DNA of 64,000 nucleotides from Campylobacterota bacterium (GCA_030152305.1 JASKOM010000001.1:329174-393173), one strand, 5' to 3'. Shown: positions 49,936 through 60,834, counted from the first letter of the stretch. Notes: generated from the letters alone by a model not told the origin. Program-made: numbers and translations.

Positions 49936-50325
49936 TTGAATCAAAAAATGCTTTTATTATTTAGTCATAAATTAACAAATAATCAAAAAATAGATGTTGA
50001 AAAGAATTTAAATATTTACAATTTTTTATATTTACCTGAAGATTTACAAAAAATATGGTCTCAAGTTCCAGCAGAATTAACAAAAGAAGAATTACAAGAA
50101 TTTTTAAAACCTATAAAAAATTGGATTAAAGAACATTATATTAAAAATGATGTTGTTTTAGCTCAAGGTGATTTTGGTGCAACTTATATAATTGTTGAAT
50201 TTTGTAAAAGTGTTAATATTAAAACTTATTATTCAACAAATCGAAGAGTTGCACAAGAAAATCATGAAGGAAATAAAGTTCATGTGTCGCATATATTTGA
50301 ACATGTTATGTTTCGCGAGTTTTGA
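49936..50325 (+). CDS. small conserved hypothetical protein (possibly the family annotated as Csx20; low-confidence recollection)
   Basis: 129 aa. LLLFSHKLTNNQ...VLAQGDFGATYIIVEF...STNRR...HIFEHVMFREF. No cas genes or CRISPR array are nearby. Confidence 0.45.
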   Translation: MNQKMLLLFSHKLTNNQKIDVEKNLNIYNFLYLPEDLQKIWSQVPAELTKEELQEFLKPIKNWIKEHYIKNDVVLAQGDFGATYIIVEFCKSVNIKTYYSTNRRVAQENHEGNKVHVSHIFEHVMFREF

Positions 50326-50344
50326 TTAAAAAACCACGAAACAT
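50308..50344. terminator. hairpin between convergent genes
   Basis: ATGTTTCG (50308-50315) pairs with CGAAACAT (50337-50344) around a 21-nt loop. It overlaps the last codons of the plus-strand gene and sits just before the mogA stop. Confidence 0.3.
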
Positions 50345-50359
50345 AAACAAAACCAATAG

Positions 50360-50902
50360 TTAATTTTTCGGACGAAATGCTTTAATTACGGATTCATTTG
50401 TTTCTAATTTATATCCACCTATTAAATCGATACAATAAGGCACTGCTGGAAATACTGCATCTAAACATTCTCGTATTGCTTTTGGTTTACCTGGTAAATT
50501 AATAATTAACGAAGAATTTGAACTTTCTCGAATACAAGCAATTTGACGAGATAAAATTGCTGTTGGAACAAATTTCAAACTAGCTCTTCTCATTTCTTCT
50601 CCAAAACCGTGCATAATTTTATGGCAAACTTTTTCAGTTGCTTCTGGAGTAATATCTCTTTTTGCTGGACCTGTTCCACCTGTTGTTACGATTAAATTGC
50701 AATTTTGTTGATCACAAAGTTCAATAATTGCATTAGAAATTTCGTCTATTTCATCTGGAACAAGACGATATTCGGCTGTCCAATCGTTCGTTAAATATTC
50801 TCGAAGAGTATTAATAATCGATTGTCCAGAAATATCTTCATATATTCCTGCACTTGCTCTATCTGAAACTGTTATGACACCTATTTTTATATTTGACATC
50901 AA
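50360..50902 (-). CDS. mogA: molybdopterin adenylyltransferase MogA
   Basis: 180 aa. Contains IGVITVSDRASAGIYEDISG and TTGGTGPAKRDITPEAT. Confidence 0.82.
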   Translation of the reverse strand: MMSNIKIGVITVSDRASAGIYEDISGQSIINTLREYLTNDWTAEYRLVPDEIDEISNAIIELCDQQNCNLIVTTGGTGPAKRDITPEATEKVCHKIMHGFGEEMRRASLKFVPTAILSRQIACIRESSNSSLIINLPGKPKAIRECLDAVFPAVPYCIDLIGGYKLETNESVIKAFRPKN

Positions 50903-50917
50903 AATCCTTTTATTAAA

Positions 50918-51658
50918 TTAATCTTTTATTGATTCGCCTTTTGAACTTACAGATCTTTTTTGTTCCATATTCATTTCTATAAGAGATGGTATTTCCCGAA
51001 TTGATGCTATCGTTCCTTCTCGAACCTTTTCATGTTTATAACTATATATTTTAAATCCGTTTTCATGTAATGCAAGTCTTACAGGTGTTGATGTTGAATA
51101 TGTTGTTAATATGCCGTCGCAACTCATTGATTTTTTTATTAATGCAAAATATTCAACACTCCATAATCGCGGTGATTTATTCGGTGAAAAAGCATCTTGA
51201 TACACGATGTCAAACTTTATATTTTCTAATTTTTCTAGAAATTCTCTTGTGTCGCCAATATATAAATTAACTTTAAATTTTCCATTATCATAATTTTCTC
51301 CATTCGAAATCTTTTCGATTATATCTTTGAGTTCGTTAAATATTTTTGGATATGGAAAATTTTTTAATTTACTAATTAACTCTTTATCAATTTCGGTTGA
51401 ATAAATTTCTACTTTTCTATCGCTATTAAATAACGAATATATCGTTGTCAAAGTGTTGAATCCAAGTCCAAAATTAGAATCAAAAATAATTAATTTTGAT
51501 TTATTATTAATAGACAATGCTGGAATAACATGTTTATACAACGATTCACTTAAAGCTCCATCTTTTACAGAATGATAATGTTCGCTGAATTCTTCTGAAT
51601 ACAAAGTAAAAGAACCATCTTTACTTTCAATTGGTTTTAGATCATCTATTTTATTCAT
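50918..51658 (-). CDS. mnmD: tRNA (mnm5s2U34)-methyltransferase MnmD-like SAM-dependent methyltransferase
   Basis: 246 aa. SKDGSFTLYSEEFSEHYHS at the N-terminus and YQDAFSPNKSPRLWSVEYF (the DAF-P-x-N-P-x-LW motif of the MnmC methyltransferase domain). Confidence 0.6.
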   Translation of the reverse strand: MNKIDDLKPIESKDGSFTLYSEEFSEHYHSVKDGALSESLYKHVIPALSINNKSKLIIFDSNFGLGFNTLTTIYSLFNSDRKVEIYSTEIDKELISKLKNFPYPKIFNELKDIIEKISNGENYDNGKFKVNLYIGDTREFLEKLENIKFDIVYQDAFSPNKSPRLWSVEYFALIKKSMSCDGILTTYSTSTPVRLALHENGFKIYSYKHEKVREGTIASIREIPSLIEMNMEQKRSVSSKGESIKD

Positions 51659-52085
51659 TGTTTCTTACACATTTTACATTATATTTAAATGTTAAATCTA
51701 GCCCAATATGACGACTTCCGTAAAATTTCTTCAACCAACCCTGAAATGAATTACTATGAAATTTCGTAATGCTCCAATACCAATCTTGACTAACATATTT
51801 AAAAGCTGGATTTATTGATGGATTGTATCTATTCCAATCGTGAATATTTTCTAATTCTTCTATAAACGGTAATCTCCAATTATCGAAACCTGCAAATTTT
51901 AAATTACGACAATATTCAACTGCCTCATTGCGATCTTTTATAATTATATTTTCTTGATCTTCCCACATTAGATTTTCTTCATAATCAATAACAATATTTT
52001 GTTCATCAATTCTATTAAATCGTTCATCCGAATTCAACGAACTAATTATCATTAAACTTAATATATATATTTTTTTATTTCTCAT
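51651..52085 (-). CDS. DUF1566 (Lcl C-terminal-like) domain exported protein
   Basis: 144 aa. Signal peptide, LMWEDQ and WRLPFIEELENI motifs. Confidence 0.55.
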   Translation of the reverse strand: MRNKKIYILSLMIISSLNSDERFNRIDEQNIVIDYEENLMWEDQENIIIKDRNEAVEYCRNLKFAGFDNWRLPFIEELENIHDWNRYNPSINPAFKYVSQDWYWSITKFHSNSFQGWLKKFYGSRHIGLDLTFKYNVKCVRNNE

Positions 52086-52467
52086 GATTATTTATCAAAC
52101 TTTTTGGAACTGCAATTAAAATAAAAAGTTCGCCATCATCATTTGTCCAACTATTTTCAACAAAACTTTCTTTGATGAGGTTGGCTGATTTTTGAGTAAC
52201 AACATAATCACCAAAAGTGCGACCATTTAAATTTGTATATTTTTCAAATTCACTTTTAATGTCAACAGAGATATTTTCACTTAATGAAGCTCGTGCGATC
52301 ATTTTTGCTATTTTTTCTTGTTGTTGAAAATTAATATTTTGGGAAGCTGAACCAATGCCATAAATATGATCCATTCGTTCGCCTTTACCTGTTTTTATCC
52401 AATTTGGAACAGTTTCACTAATTAAAAAATTCGATAAAAATAATGTTGAAAAAAATATATTTTTCAT
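52075..52467 (-). CDS. exported protein, LPP20-like (tentative)
   Basis: 130 aa. Signal peptide. The GIGSA...AKMIARASLSENISVDIKSE pattern is reminiscent of LPP20-family proteins. Confidence 0.35.
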   Translation of the reverse strand: MKNIFFSTLFLSNFLISETVPNWIKTGKGERMDHIYGIGSASQNINFQQQEKIAKMIARASLSENISVDIKSEFEKYTNLNGRTFGDYVVTQKSANLIKESFVENSWTNDDGELFILIAVPKSLINNHEK

Positions 52468-52471
52468 TTAT

Positions 52472-53311
52472 TTAGTTTAAAATTCCCAAAAGTTCGTCAG
52501 TATAAATAGAAAAACCGACTGAATTTAAGTTATCGATCGAATAAGATCCGCCTCTTGCATAAACTTTATTTTTGCTAATAAATTTAAAAATTAAGTCTCG
52601 ATAATATTCCATTTGTGTGTAATAAAGCGAGGCAACTTTGATATTTTTATAATCTAAACTTTCACCTAATAAAACAAGATCTTGAAGATCTTTTTTTAAA
52701 AAAACAGGAACAGTTTCAATAAGTTTTTTGACCTCATCAATAGTTTCGAGATATAAAAGAGAATTCAACCAAGAAATATTAAGCGATAAAATTTTGCGAA
52801 TTTCTATATTTTTAAACATAGAAATAGGTAAATTTAATTCAGATGCGATTTTGCGAGGAATTGCAATATTTGACAACTGTAAAAAAGGCTGAAAATCAAC
52901 TTGATTAAATATCGAAATAGAAAGATCTAAAATTTCTTTTAAATCAGAACTACCAATATGTTCAGCACCGATTTGATGTTGTTCAATAGACGGATATCGA
53001 TAAATAGGTTGAATATAAAACCAACGATTATTTTTAGAATTTTTATCAATTCGTTTTAAGGCTAATTTAACAACATCAATAGTCGAATCAGCTCTTAAAT
53101 TCATAGGATAATTATCTCGATTAGTTAAATGAATTAACTTGGTTGATTCGATAGATGCAATTTGATGATATGAAAAAATCGGTGTAACCATTTCTTCGAA
53201 CTTATATTTATAAAATATTTCAGATGCGATTTGTTCAAGTTTTCTTTTTTGTCTTGCCATAGAACCAAAATAAATTTTACTACCTTCAGGAATTTCGTGT
53301 TCAAAAATCAT
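52472..53311 (-). CDS. hisZ: ATP phosphoribosyltransferase regulatory subunit
   Basis: 279 aa, class-II aaRS-like. The N-terminal FEHEIPEGSKIYFGSMARQKRKLEQIASEIF...FEEMVTPIFSY is typical of short HisZ proteins. Confidence 0.55.
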   Translation of the reverse strand: MIFEHEIPEGSKIYFGSMARQKRKLEQIASEIFYKYKFEEMVTPIFSYHQIASIESTKLIHLTNRDNYPMNLRADSTIDVVKLALKRIDKNSKNNRWFYIQPIYRYPSIEQHQIGAEHIGSSDLKEILDLSISIFNQVDFQPFLQLSNIAIPRKIASELNLPISMFKNIEIRKILSLNISWLNSLLYLETIDEVKKLIETVPVFLKKDLQDLVLLGESLDYKNIKVASLYYTQMEYYRDLIFKFISKNKVYARGGSYSIDNLNSVGFSIYTDELLGILN

Positions 53312-53457
53312 AACAGATCCTCTTTTTTGTGAATTTATAAAATTTTACCAGTAAATATACTGTTCTATTTATTATAAACAAAAAAAATAAGTTCATAACT
53401 AAATGTATAATTCCGAAAAAATTAATATAGCTGATAAGCTGTAAATTTTAGGGATAA

Positions 53458-54036
53458 ATGTTGTTCAAAAAAACTATTTCTAAATTGGCTTTGCCAATAA
53501 TATTATTATCTGGGCAAACACTTTTTGCTGAACCAGCAAAACAAATTACAACAGAAGAAATAAAACAAGCACAAAAAGAATGGGCAAATGCAATTGTAAC
53601 AATCGGTAAAGTTTATGATTCAAAAGGTGATTATAAAGCCGAAGCGAGTAAAGCCATAGACAAATTATATGGCTATTCTGAAGGTTCTGTTTTGTTTAAA
53701 CCTACAAAAGCATCAGTTGATCAATTTAGAGAAACAAAAGAAGAAGCACTTTCCTATTTTGTTGCAACAGGTATAGAAAAAGAAGATCATGGTTTTGCGA
53801 TAAAACCTTGGACAAAAGTAAGATTTGATGAACAAGAAAAAATTGTTATCGATTCTGATTCGGCAATAGCAATGGGTAATTATTATTTTACAGATAAAGC
53901 TGGACAAGAAACAAAAGTTGAGTTTTCATTTGGTTACAAAAGAGCTGAAGATTCAAGATTAGTAATTTTCTTACATCATTCATCAATGCCTTTTAATCCA
54001 GAACCTGTAAAAACAAAAAATAAACATCACGATTAA
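53458..54036 (+). CDS. periplasmic hypothetical protein
   Basis: 192 aa with a signal peptide (LPIILLSGQTLFA). No catalytic motif recognised. Confidence 0.45.
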   Translation: MLFKKTISKLALPIILLSGQTLFAEPAKQITTEEIKQAQKEWANAIVTIGKVYDSKGDYKAEASKAIDKLYGYSEGSVLFKPTKASVDQFRETKEEALSYFVATGIEKEDHGFAIKPWTKVRFDEQEKIVIDSDSAIAMGNYYFTDKAGQETKVEFSFGYKRAEDSRLVIFLHHSSMPFNPEPVKTKNKHHD

Positions 54037-54168
54037 AACTTAAAAAATAAGCATGATATAATTAAAATAAAATTGACGACTAGTTTTATTAAATAATAAA
54101 TAGATTATTAAAACTATGTTATCAAGCAATCTATTTTTCAATCTAAAATAGAAAGTGGGTAATGTTAA

Positions 54169-54381
54169 GTGCCAGGTATTATGCTTCGACCAGATGATAA
54201 TTTTGATATTGCTTATAGAAGATTTAAAAAGCAAGTTGATCGAAATCTCGTTGTTACTGAATCAAGAGCTAGACGGTTTCATGAAACAGCAACAGAAAAA
54301 CGAAAAAAAGATAAAATCAATGCTAGAAAAAAAATTCTCAAACGACTATATATGATGAAACGATACGAGTCAAAACTCTAA
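54169..54381 (+). CDS. rpsU: 30S ribosomal protein S21
   Basis: 70 aa with a GTG start. Contains [25 protein letters not shown]... Confidence 0.9.
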   Translation: MPGIMLRPDDNFDIAYRRFKKQVDRNLVVTESRARRFHETATEKRKKDKINARKKILKRLYMMKRYESKL

Positions 54382-54417
54382 TCTTCAGCTCATCAAAAAC
54401 TAAAAAATTAAATTTTT

Positions 54418-54439
54418 CACTCGAGATTAAAATCGAGTG
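54418..54439 (+). terminator. hairpin after rpsU
   Basis: CACTCGA (54418-54424) pairs with TCGAGTG (54433-54439) around an 8-nt loop, followed by ttcccttttaaaa. Confidence 0.5.
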
Positions 54440-54452
54440 TTCCCTTTTAAAA

Positions 54453-54492
54453 CAAATCTCAAATTAATTTAAATCTCTTAAATTGAGATTTG
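54453..54492 (+). terminator. second hairpin with T-run, in the rho leader
   Basis: CAAATCTCAA (54453-54462) pairs with TTGAGATTTG (54483-54492) around a 20-nt loop, followed by ttaatattttttt. Confidence 0.45.
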
Positions 54493-54586
54493 TTAATATT
54501 TTTTTAATAATTATTTTATTAAACTGCTTTTCTACAAACTAAAAAAACTTCAAAATAACTTCTAAACACCAAAGGTTTTATTATTA

Positions 54587-55951
54587 ATGAACAATGACGA
54601 ACTAATCGAAATAGATGATTCTAGCGAACAATATCGAGGGAGTCGTGAAAAACGAACAAAACATCGAACACACATACCAGCTAGTGGCTATACACTAGAT
54701 GATCTTCGGGCTTTTCCAATAAATGAATTAATTGCAATTGGAATTAATTTTGATGTTGAAAATCCAAATGAACTAAAACGAAATGAATTAATATTTGAAA
54801 TTTTAAAAGCCCAAGTTAAAAAAGGTGGCTTTATTTTATTTACAGGTATTCTTGAAACAATGCAAGAAGGTTACGGTTTTATCAGATCAATTGATAAAAA
54901 TTTTTCTGATAGTAATAACGATGCCTATGTTTCAAATACACAGATTAAAAAATTTGCTCTTCGAAATGGTGATATCGTAACTGGTCAAGTTCGAGCTCCA
55001 AAAGATCAAGAAAAATATTATGCTCTTTTGAAAATTGAGGCAATTAATTATCGTTCAATTGCTGAAAATAAAAATAGACCTCTGTTTGAAAATTTAATAC
55101 CGATTTTTCCAACTGAACAACTTAAATTAGAATATAATCCTTTGAAAATTACTGGTCGAATGCTTGATTTATTTTCTCCAATCGGAAAAGGACAACGAGC
55201 TTTAATTGTCGCTTCACCAAAAAATGGTAAAACTGAATTAATGAAAGAACTTGCAAATGGTTTAAAAAGAAACCATCCTGAAATCGAATTAATCGTTTTA
55301 TTAATTGATGAACGACCTGAAGAAGTTACTGATATGGAACGATCCGTTAATGGCGATGTTTATAGTTCGACTTTTGACCAACCTGCAAAAAATCATGTCA
55401 AAGTTGCTGAATTAGTTATTGAACTTGCAAAACGAAAAGTCGAAATGGGCGAAGATGTCGTTATTTTATTAGATTCGATTACAAGATTAGCACGAGCTTA
55501 TAATACGATAACTCCAGCAAGTGGCAAAGTTTTATCTGGTGGTGTTGATGCAAATGCTCTTCATAAACCAAAACGATTTTTTGGTGCTGCACGAAATATC
55601 GAAAATGGTGGAAGTTTAACGATTATTGCAACTGCTCTTATCGACACAGGAAGCCGAATGGATGATGTAATTTTTGAAGAATTCAAAGGCACAGGAAACT
55701 CTGAAATTGTTCTTTCTCGAGCTGTTGCTGAACGACGAATTTTTCCAGCGATCGATCTTCTCAAATCTGGCACACGAAAAGATGAGTTACTTCTTGGCAA
55801 AGATGCACTTCAAAAAGTTTGGGCTTTACGAAATGCTCTTAGCGATATTAATGACGAAATCGAAGCTCTTCGATTTTTATATAACAAAATGTTTCAAACT
55901 AAAAATAACGAAGAATTTTTAAATCTTATGAACAAAGAACGGAATAGTTAA
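54587..55951 (+). CDS. rho: transcription termination factor Rho
   Basis: 454 aa. N-terminal RNA-binding domain (GYGFIRS...), Walker [13 protein letters not shown], and the [13 protein letters not shown] and [15 protein letters not shown] motifs. Confidence 0.93.
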   Translation: MNNDELIEIDDSSEQYRGSREKRTKHRTHIPASGYTLDDLRAFPINELIAIGINFDVENPNELKRNELIFEILKAQVKKGGFILFTGILETMQEGYGFIRSIDKNFSDSNNDAYVSNTQIKKFALRNGDIVTGQVRAPKDQEKYYALLKIEAINYRSIAENKNRPLFENLIPIFPTEQLKLEYNPLKITGRMLDLFSPIGKGQRALIVASPKNGKTELMKELANGLKRNHPEIELIVLLIDERPEEVTDMERSVNGDVYSSTFDQPAKNHVKVAELVIELAKRKVEMGEDVVILLDSITRLARAYNTITPASGKVLSGGVDANALHKPKRFFGAARNIENGGSLTIIATALIDTGSRMDDVIFEEFKGTGNSEIVLSRAVAERRIFPAIDLLKSGTRKDELLLGKDALQKVWALRNALSDINDEIEALRFLYNKMFQTKNNEEFLNLMNKERNS

Positions 55952-55954
55952 TTT

Positions 55955-56434
55955 TTGTTCCACCTCATCACAGATAAAATTAAATTATTAAATTTTTTTT
56001 TATATTTAATAATATTTATTGGTTGTTCAACTCGAGATTATTCAGTTAAAAGTTTATATCTTGTTACGATAAAATCTCCAGAATTAAAATATTCTGATTT
56101 AGGAACTATCTCAAAAAGTGGTGAGGATGTTGCCATAGAATTATTTGCATTTGGCAATAAAATATTAGATTTAAAATTAGAAAAATTAATAACGATCAAC
56201 GGTAATATTTTGCCACCGTCGATATTTTATTCGAAATATTTAAAAACAGATTATCCAGATGAAACGATAAAACAGATATTTTTAGGAAAACCTATATTTG
56301 ACGAAAAAAATATTCAAACAGGTGAAGGTTGGTTTAGTCAAAATATAGAATCTATTTCTTATCGAGTCTCAAATAAAGAGACCCTTTTTAAAGATAGTTC
56401 AAAAAATATAATTATTCGTTTTGTGAAACAGTAA
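55955..56434 (+). CDS. lipoprotein, hypothetical
   Basis: 159 aa with a TTG start. Lipobox LIIFIGCS. Confidence 0.45.
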   Translation: MFHLITDKIKLLNFFLYLIIFIGCSTRDYSVKSLYLVTIKSPELKYSDLGTISKSGEDVAIELFAFGNKILDLKLEKLITINGNILPPSIFYSKYLKTDYPDETIKQIFLGKPIFDEKNIQTGEGWFSQNIESISYRVSNKETLFKDSSKNIIIRFVKQ

Positions 56435-56951
56435 TTAAATCAGTTCTGAAATTATTAACATTGTAATTTGTTCCATATTGTTTATTAAATTCAGAGATAC
56501 AATTTTTACAAGCTAATAAATGTTGATTTTGATTTTTATAAACAATAGATCCAGAATTATTCACGAACGAATATTTAAAAAATCCATTAAAATTTGCAGT
56601 AGCTGATAATTCAGCCCCTTTTTGAATAAGATTACTTAAATTTTGACATTGATAAAAATGATATCTATTTAAATTTTCAATTAAAATTTCTTGAGGTGAA
56701 AAAAATCTCGGAACAATCTGTTTTTCAACATAAATAATCGATCTAAAAATTTCACCGTTTGATAATTTAACAAAAGTTGCACCTATATTATTAATCATAA
56801 TAGGGTTTATATTAAAATCTAGTTTTAATGACTTTTCTAATAATATTAATCTATCAAATGATATTTTGCTATTTGTGAAAATTTCAACTTCTGTTAAAAA
56901 TTCATTAAATGTTGATAACTTTAAAATATTACCAAAACCAAAAATAGTCAT
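56412..56951 (-). CDS. hypothetical protein
   Basis: 179 aa. The start ATG overlaps the upstream stop (TAATG). Cys pairs at YQCQ and ACKNC. No family recognised. Confidence 0.45.
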   Translation of the reverse strand: MTIFGFGNILKLSTFNEFLTEVEIFTNSKISFDRLILLEKSLKLDFNINPIMINNIGATFVKLSNGEIFRSIIYVEKQIVPRFFSPQEILIENLNRYHFYQCQNLSNLIQKGAELSATANFNGFFKYSFVNNSGSIVYKNQNQHLLACKNCISEFNKQYGTNYNVNNFRTDLITVSQNE

Positions 56952-57199
56952 TAAAAATCAAAATCTCCATCTTCGTTATTTGACATTTTTTTATAAACCA
57001 AATTAACATAACTAGTTCTAATCATGCATTTTTCCCAAGTATTACACTTAAAACAGCTGTTTAAATTTAGCTCTTTTTGACAATTTTGTAAGTTTGCTAA
57101 AGCTAATTCTGAATCAGATTTCATTTTAGTTGATTCATCAAAATTTTCACCTTCGCCGTCAAAAAAATTATCGTTACTGAAATTTTTATTTAATTCCAT
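56951..57199 (-). CDS. small Cys-containing hypothetical protein
   Basis: 82 aa with an acidic N-terminus and the cluster CQKELNLNSCFKCNTWEKC. Overlaps the fbp end by 14 nt. Confidence 0.4.
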   Translation of the reverse strand: MELNKNFSNDNFFDGEGENFDESTKMKSDSELALANLQNCQKELNLNSCFKCNTWEKCMIRTSYVNLVYKKMSNNEDGDFDF

Positions 57200-58034
57200 A
57201 ATATTCTTTTACAAGACTTATTTCGTTATTTGAACCAAAAAATACAGACGATGTGTCATGAAGATGTTCTGTTTTTAAGTCTAAAATAAATTTGCCGTTT
57301 TTATCAATTGCTCCACCGTTTGCTACTTTAAAAACTAAAGCAAATGGCATTATTTCGAATAAAAGTCTTAATTTACCTTTTGGTTGTTCATGTGTTGCTG
57401 GATACGAAAAAAGACCGCCACCTTTTAATAAAATATGATGTAAATCTGGAACCATTCCGCCTGAATATCTTAATCTATAACCATTTTGAAATAATTTATT
57501 TATCAAATTTTTATGATTCTCTGACCAATCTTTTTGAGTTCCACCAGTTGCATTTATTTTGCCTTGTTTATTAAGTTTTAATTCTCTAACAAATTTAAAT
57601 TCTCCCTGAATTAGTCTATATAATCTTGCAGTTGAATCAGCGACGACCATTTCAACACGAGGACCATAAACAGCATAAACAGAAGCCATTAAATTTCTTC
57701 CACTAAAACTATATTTATAAATGCCAAAAATAGAACCTACACTTAGATTTACATCAATTAAACTTGAGCCATCAAGAGGATCATAAGCTACTAAATATTC
57801 GGCTTTATCATTTTCGAAATATATAATATCTTCTCGTTCTTCGGATGCAATTCCTTGAACAATCGTAAGTTTTCTTAAATTTTGTTCAATGATTTTGTCG
57901 CTTTCAAGATCAAGTTTAAGTTGTTGATCTCCAGAACTATTTTTATTGTCTGAATAACTAAAATCACCAGATGACGAGATTAATTTTGATATTTCAAGTA
58001 TAGAATTTTCTATTGCTTTCAAAACAGCTAACAT
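57186..58034 (-). CDS. fbp: class 1 fructose-1,6-bisphosphatase
   Basis: 282 aa. Contains ASEERED, VAYDPLDGSS and LRYSGGMVPDLHHILLKGGG motifs. Confidence 0.85.
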   Translation of the reverse strand: MLAVLKAIENSILEISKLISSSGDFSYSDNKNSSGDQQLKLDLESDKIIEQNLRKLTIVQGIASEEREDIIYFENDKAEYLVAYDPLDGSSLIDVNLSVGSIFGIYKYSFSGRNLMASVYAVYGPRVEMVVADSTARLYRLIQGEFKFVRELKLNKQGKINATGGTQKDWSENHKNLINKLFQNGYRLRYSGGMVPDLHHILLKGGGLFSYPATHEQPKGKLRLLFEIMPFALVFKVANGGAIDKNGKFILDLKTEHLHDTSSVFFGSNNEISLVKEYYGIK

Positions 58035-58528
58035 TATTTGTTTATTCCATTTCTATTAATCCAATCAATAATTTCAATTGGATCATTTAAATTTAAGACT
58101 TTCATCTCATTTGATATTTTATATTTTTTTAAATCAATCGAATCATCAATTGCAATACAATTAATAAAATCCAAATAATCTAAATCTATTTCGTTTCTGA
58201 ATATGCCTATTCTTGGCAACTGAAGATATTTCAATCCTTCGACTAATAAATAATCATATTTATTTTTTTCAAGTTCAATAATATTCATTGTATCTGTTGG
58301 CGAGTGTTTAAAACTTGTTGTTCGTATTGAAGACAATACATAAACATCTGAACCTGTTTTAAAAAATTTATCACTATCTTTTCCAGAAACATCAAAGACG
58401 GCTTTATCTTTTGGATCGTTTTTTATAATTAAAACTTTATATTTATTTTTTATTAAAATATTTGCTATTTTTTCTATTAATGTTGTTTTTCCGCTATTTG
58501 AGCGACCTGTAAAAGCAACAGCTATCAA
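58034..58528 (-). CDS. mobB: molybdopterin-guanine dinucleotide biosynthesis protein B
   Basis: 164 aa. The P-loop FTGRSNSGKTTLIEKI is typical of MobB. Confidence 0.75.
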   Translation of the reverse strand: MIAVAFTGRSNSGKTTLIEKIANILIKNKYKVLIIKNDPKDKAVFDVSGKDSDKFFKTGSDVYVLSSIRTTSFKHSPTDTMNIIELEKNKYDYLLVEGLKYLQLPRIGIFRNEIDLDYLDFINCIAIDDSIDLKKYKISNEMKVLNLNDPIEIIDWINRNGINK

Positions 58529-58611
58529 AATTTCAACCTTTTTTTTGAGTTGTTTAATTTTAACAGAAAAATTAAAATAGTTTTTGTGTGTTGAATAAGT
58601 TTTTTATACCT

Positions 58612-58641
58612 ACTTCAAAAGTTTAAATATACTTTTGAAGT
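58612..58641 (-). terminator. perfect 11-bp hairpin downstream of the MCP gene
   Basis: ACTTCAAAAGT (58612-58622) pairs with ACTTTTGAAGT (58631-58641) around an 8-nt loop. The flanking T-tract is poor on the minus strand. Confidence 0.45.
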
Positions 58642-58691
58642 GTTCGGTATTTGTATTTAATTGTTAGTTAAATTAAATGTGAGATTAAATA

Positions 58692-60305
58692 TTAATGTTT
58701 ATGATTATGTTCATCGTTTTGCGATGAGGTTTCATTTGATTGTGTAGCATTGGCTTGTTCTTTTGCTCTTTCTTCAGCTCGTTTTAGTTTTTCTCGCTCA
58801 AGTCTCGAACTTGCCATTACCATTTTTTCGTTAGCTATTCTTTGGGCATCTTCTGCTCGGCTTTCTTCAAGCATTTTGTCCATAAGTTGGAATAACTGTT
58901 CACTTGCTTCTTCAACTTCTGTAAATAAACTAATTAATTTTTTTCGTTGAGGAATTTCAACAGTTCCACCAGCAAGTTCTATTGCTTTCAATATATGAAT
59001 AACTTCATGAACATGATCATGAATTGTTTTATGCGGATTAATAATTAATTTATATGATTCAGTATTTCCTAATCTAATTAAACCCTCACTTGAATACCAT
59101 CTACCAAAACGACAATTCATATGATCTGTAAAATGAGCATGATTATTTTTTTCAACAATTACATCAAATGCGGCTCGTTTAAATAATAAATGGTCAATTT
59201 TTGCAAGAATCAAGAATACTTTATTTTCCATTTTATTTGTTTCGTGAAGAATATAAGCTGTTTTAGTATCAAAAATATTTAATTGATTTTTAAATTTAGA
59301 AATTTCACCAGATGAGAATTCAGCAATTTCAGTCATTTTTTCTGAAGCCTGTTGAATTCGACCTGTTTCTTGTTGAAGTGTTTGAATAGAAATAGAAATT
59401 TCAGCTGTTGCTTTTTGAGTTTTTTCAGCAAGTTTTCGAACCTCATCAGCAACAACGGCAAAACCTCTACCATGTTCGCCAGCTCGTGCGGCTTCAACAG
59501 CAGCATTTAAAGCTAATAAGTTAGTTTGTTCAGCAACATCTTTAATTAATTTAACAACGGCATCAATATCAACAGCTTTTTGAACAAGACTATCAACAGT
59601 ATTATCATTTTCTTGAATATAACCAATTAATACACCTAAATCAGAAGCTATTTTTTCGATAATAAGCATATTTTTAGCTGAATCTTCGACCATGCTTTTT
59701 GATTCAAAGCCCAAAATAGATATTTCGCTTGTTGTTTCAGCTAATTGAGTTTGAATAGTTGTAAAGTTTTGAATAAATTTTTGTCCGCCACTTGAAACAT
59801 CACTTAAATGAGAAATAAATTTTGAATTAATTTCATCAGAAAATTCTCGTTCCATGACATTAATAGATCGATTAATAAACATACCTGATCGAGCAAGAGC
59901 AGTATTTAAACCAGTGATTTGAACTTTTCTAAAGAAGAGTTGTCGCCCAGCATAATCAACGGCAGTATTGATTTCTCGCATAAAGCTTTCGATTTGGTCA
60001 AGAAGATTATTAACATTCCATGATAAATCACCAAGATGACCAGTAAGTTTTTCACCTGTGTCTCTAACTTCGAAATTACCACGAACGGCATTAGCGAGAA
60101 CACGAGATGTATTAGCAACTGTTTTTTGTTCTTTACTAATAAAATAAAAACCTAAAACAGCAACTAAAATATTTAAAAGATTAAAACTAAGGGATAATAT
60201 ATTAAATCCCTGAAGAGTATAAACAGAAATAGCTCCTGTAACAACAATTAAAATATGAGCTAAATTAACTTTAGCTGTATTGGAGATCGAAGATAAATTT
60301 GTCAT
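58692..60305 (-). CDS. methyl-accepting chemotaxis protein with C-terminal CZB (zinc-binding) domain
   Basis: 537 aa. Two N-terminal TMs, a HAMP-like region, the signalling hairpin ([38 protein letters not shown]), then H-x-containing helices with [10 protein letters not shown] (the CZB H..C..G.W motif). E/K-rich tail. GAAGGAG RBS. Confidence 0.82.
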   Translation of the reverse strand: MTNLSSISNTAKVNLAHILIVVTGAISVYTLQGFNILSLSFNLLNILVAVLGFYFISKEQKTVANTSRVLANAVRGNFEVRDTGEKLTGHLGDLSWNVNNLLDQIESFMREINTAVDYAGRQLFFRKVQITGLNTALARSGMFINRSINVMEREFSDEINSKFISHLSDVSSGGQKFIQNFTTIQTQLAETTSEISILGFESKSMVEDSAKNMLIIEKIASDLGVLIGYIQENDNTVDSLVQKAVDIDAVVKLIKDVAEQTNLLALNAAVEAARAGEHGRGFAVVADEVRKLAEKTQKATAEISISIQTLQQETGRIQQASEKMTEIAEFSSGEISKFKNQLNIFDTKTAYILHETNKMENKVFLILAKIDHLLFKRAAFDVIVEKNNHAHFTDHMNCRFGRWYSSEGLIRLGNTESYKLIINPHKTIHDHVHEVIHILKAIELAGGTVEIPQRKKLISLFTEVEEASEQLFQLMDKMLEESRAEDAQRIANEKMVMASSRLEREKLKRAEERAKEQANATQSNETSSQNDEHNHKH

Positions 60306-60834
60306 AAGTAACTCCTTCTTTTTCTAAAAATGATTTTAAGACTGATTCGCTTTCTTTAATTCCACCAATAATTTCATGTTGTCTCAACTTATCATATATT
60401 GATTGAATCGCATTAAGTCCTCGTCTGTTAGGTCGTCGTCGAGTCGAGTGATAACCTGTAATATTATTATTAGCATCGAACGATGGTGTAACATTGGCAA
60501 AAACCCAATAATATTCACCACCTTTTGCTAAATTAACAACAAAAGCATTAACTTCTTTTCCACTTTTTATACCTTCCCATAATACTTTGAATATTATTTT
60601 TGGCATTTTTGGATGGCGAGTTATCGAATGTGGATGATCTAACAGATCTTCTTGGCTATATCCACTAATATCAACAAATTGAGCATTTGCATAAGTTATA
60701 ACACCTTTTAGATCTGTTTTTGAAACCAAAATTTCACCTTGTGAAAAAGTTTTTTCAACATCATTTGGTCGTGGTTTTCTAATCATAGATTTTAAACCGA
60801 ATTTTTTTAGAACATTTGAAAATACAAGTTTCAT
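60271..60834 (-). CDS. PAS domain protein (CetB/Aer-like sensor without output domain)
   Basis: 187 aa. Contains [45 protein letters not shown]...[20 protein letters not shown]. Overlaps the MCP start by 35 nt. Confidence 0.75.
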   Translation of the reverse strand: MKLVFSNVLKKFGLKSMIRKPRPNDVEKTFSQGEILVSKTDLKGVITYANAQFVDISGYSQEDLLDHPHSITRHPKMPKIIFKVLWEGIKSGKEVNAFVVNLAKGGEYYWVFANVTPSFDANNNITGYHSTRRRPNRRGLNAIQSIYDKLRQHEIIGGIKESESVLKSFLEKEGVTYDKFIFDLQYS

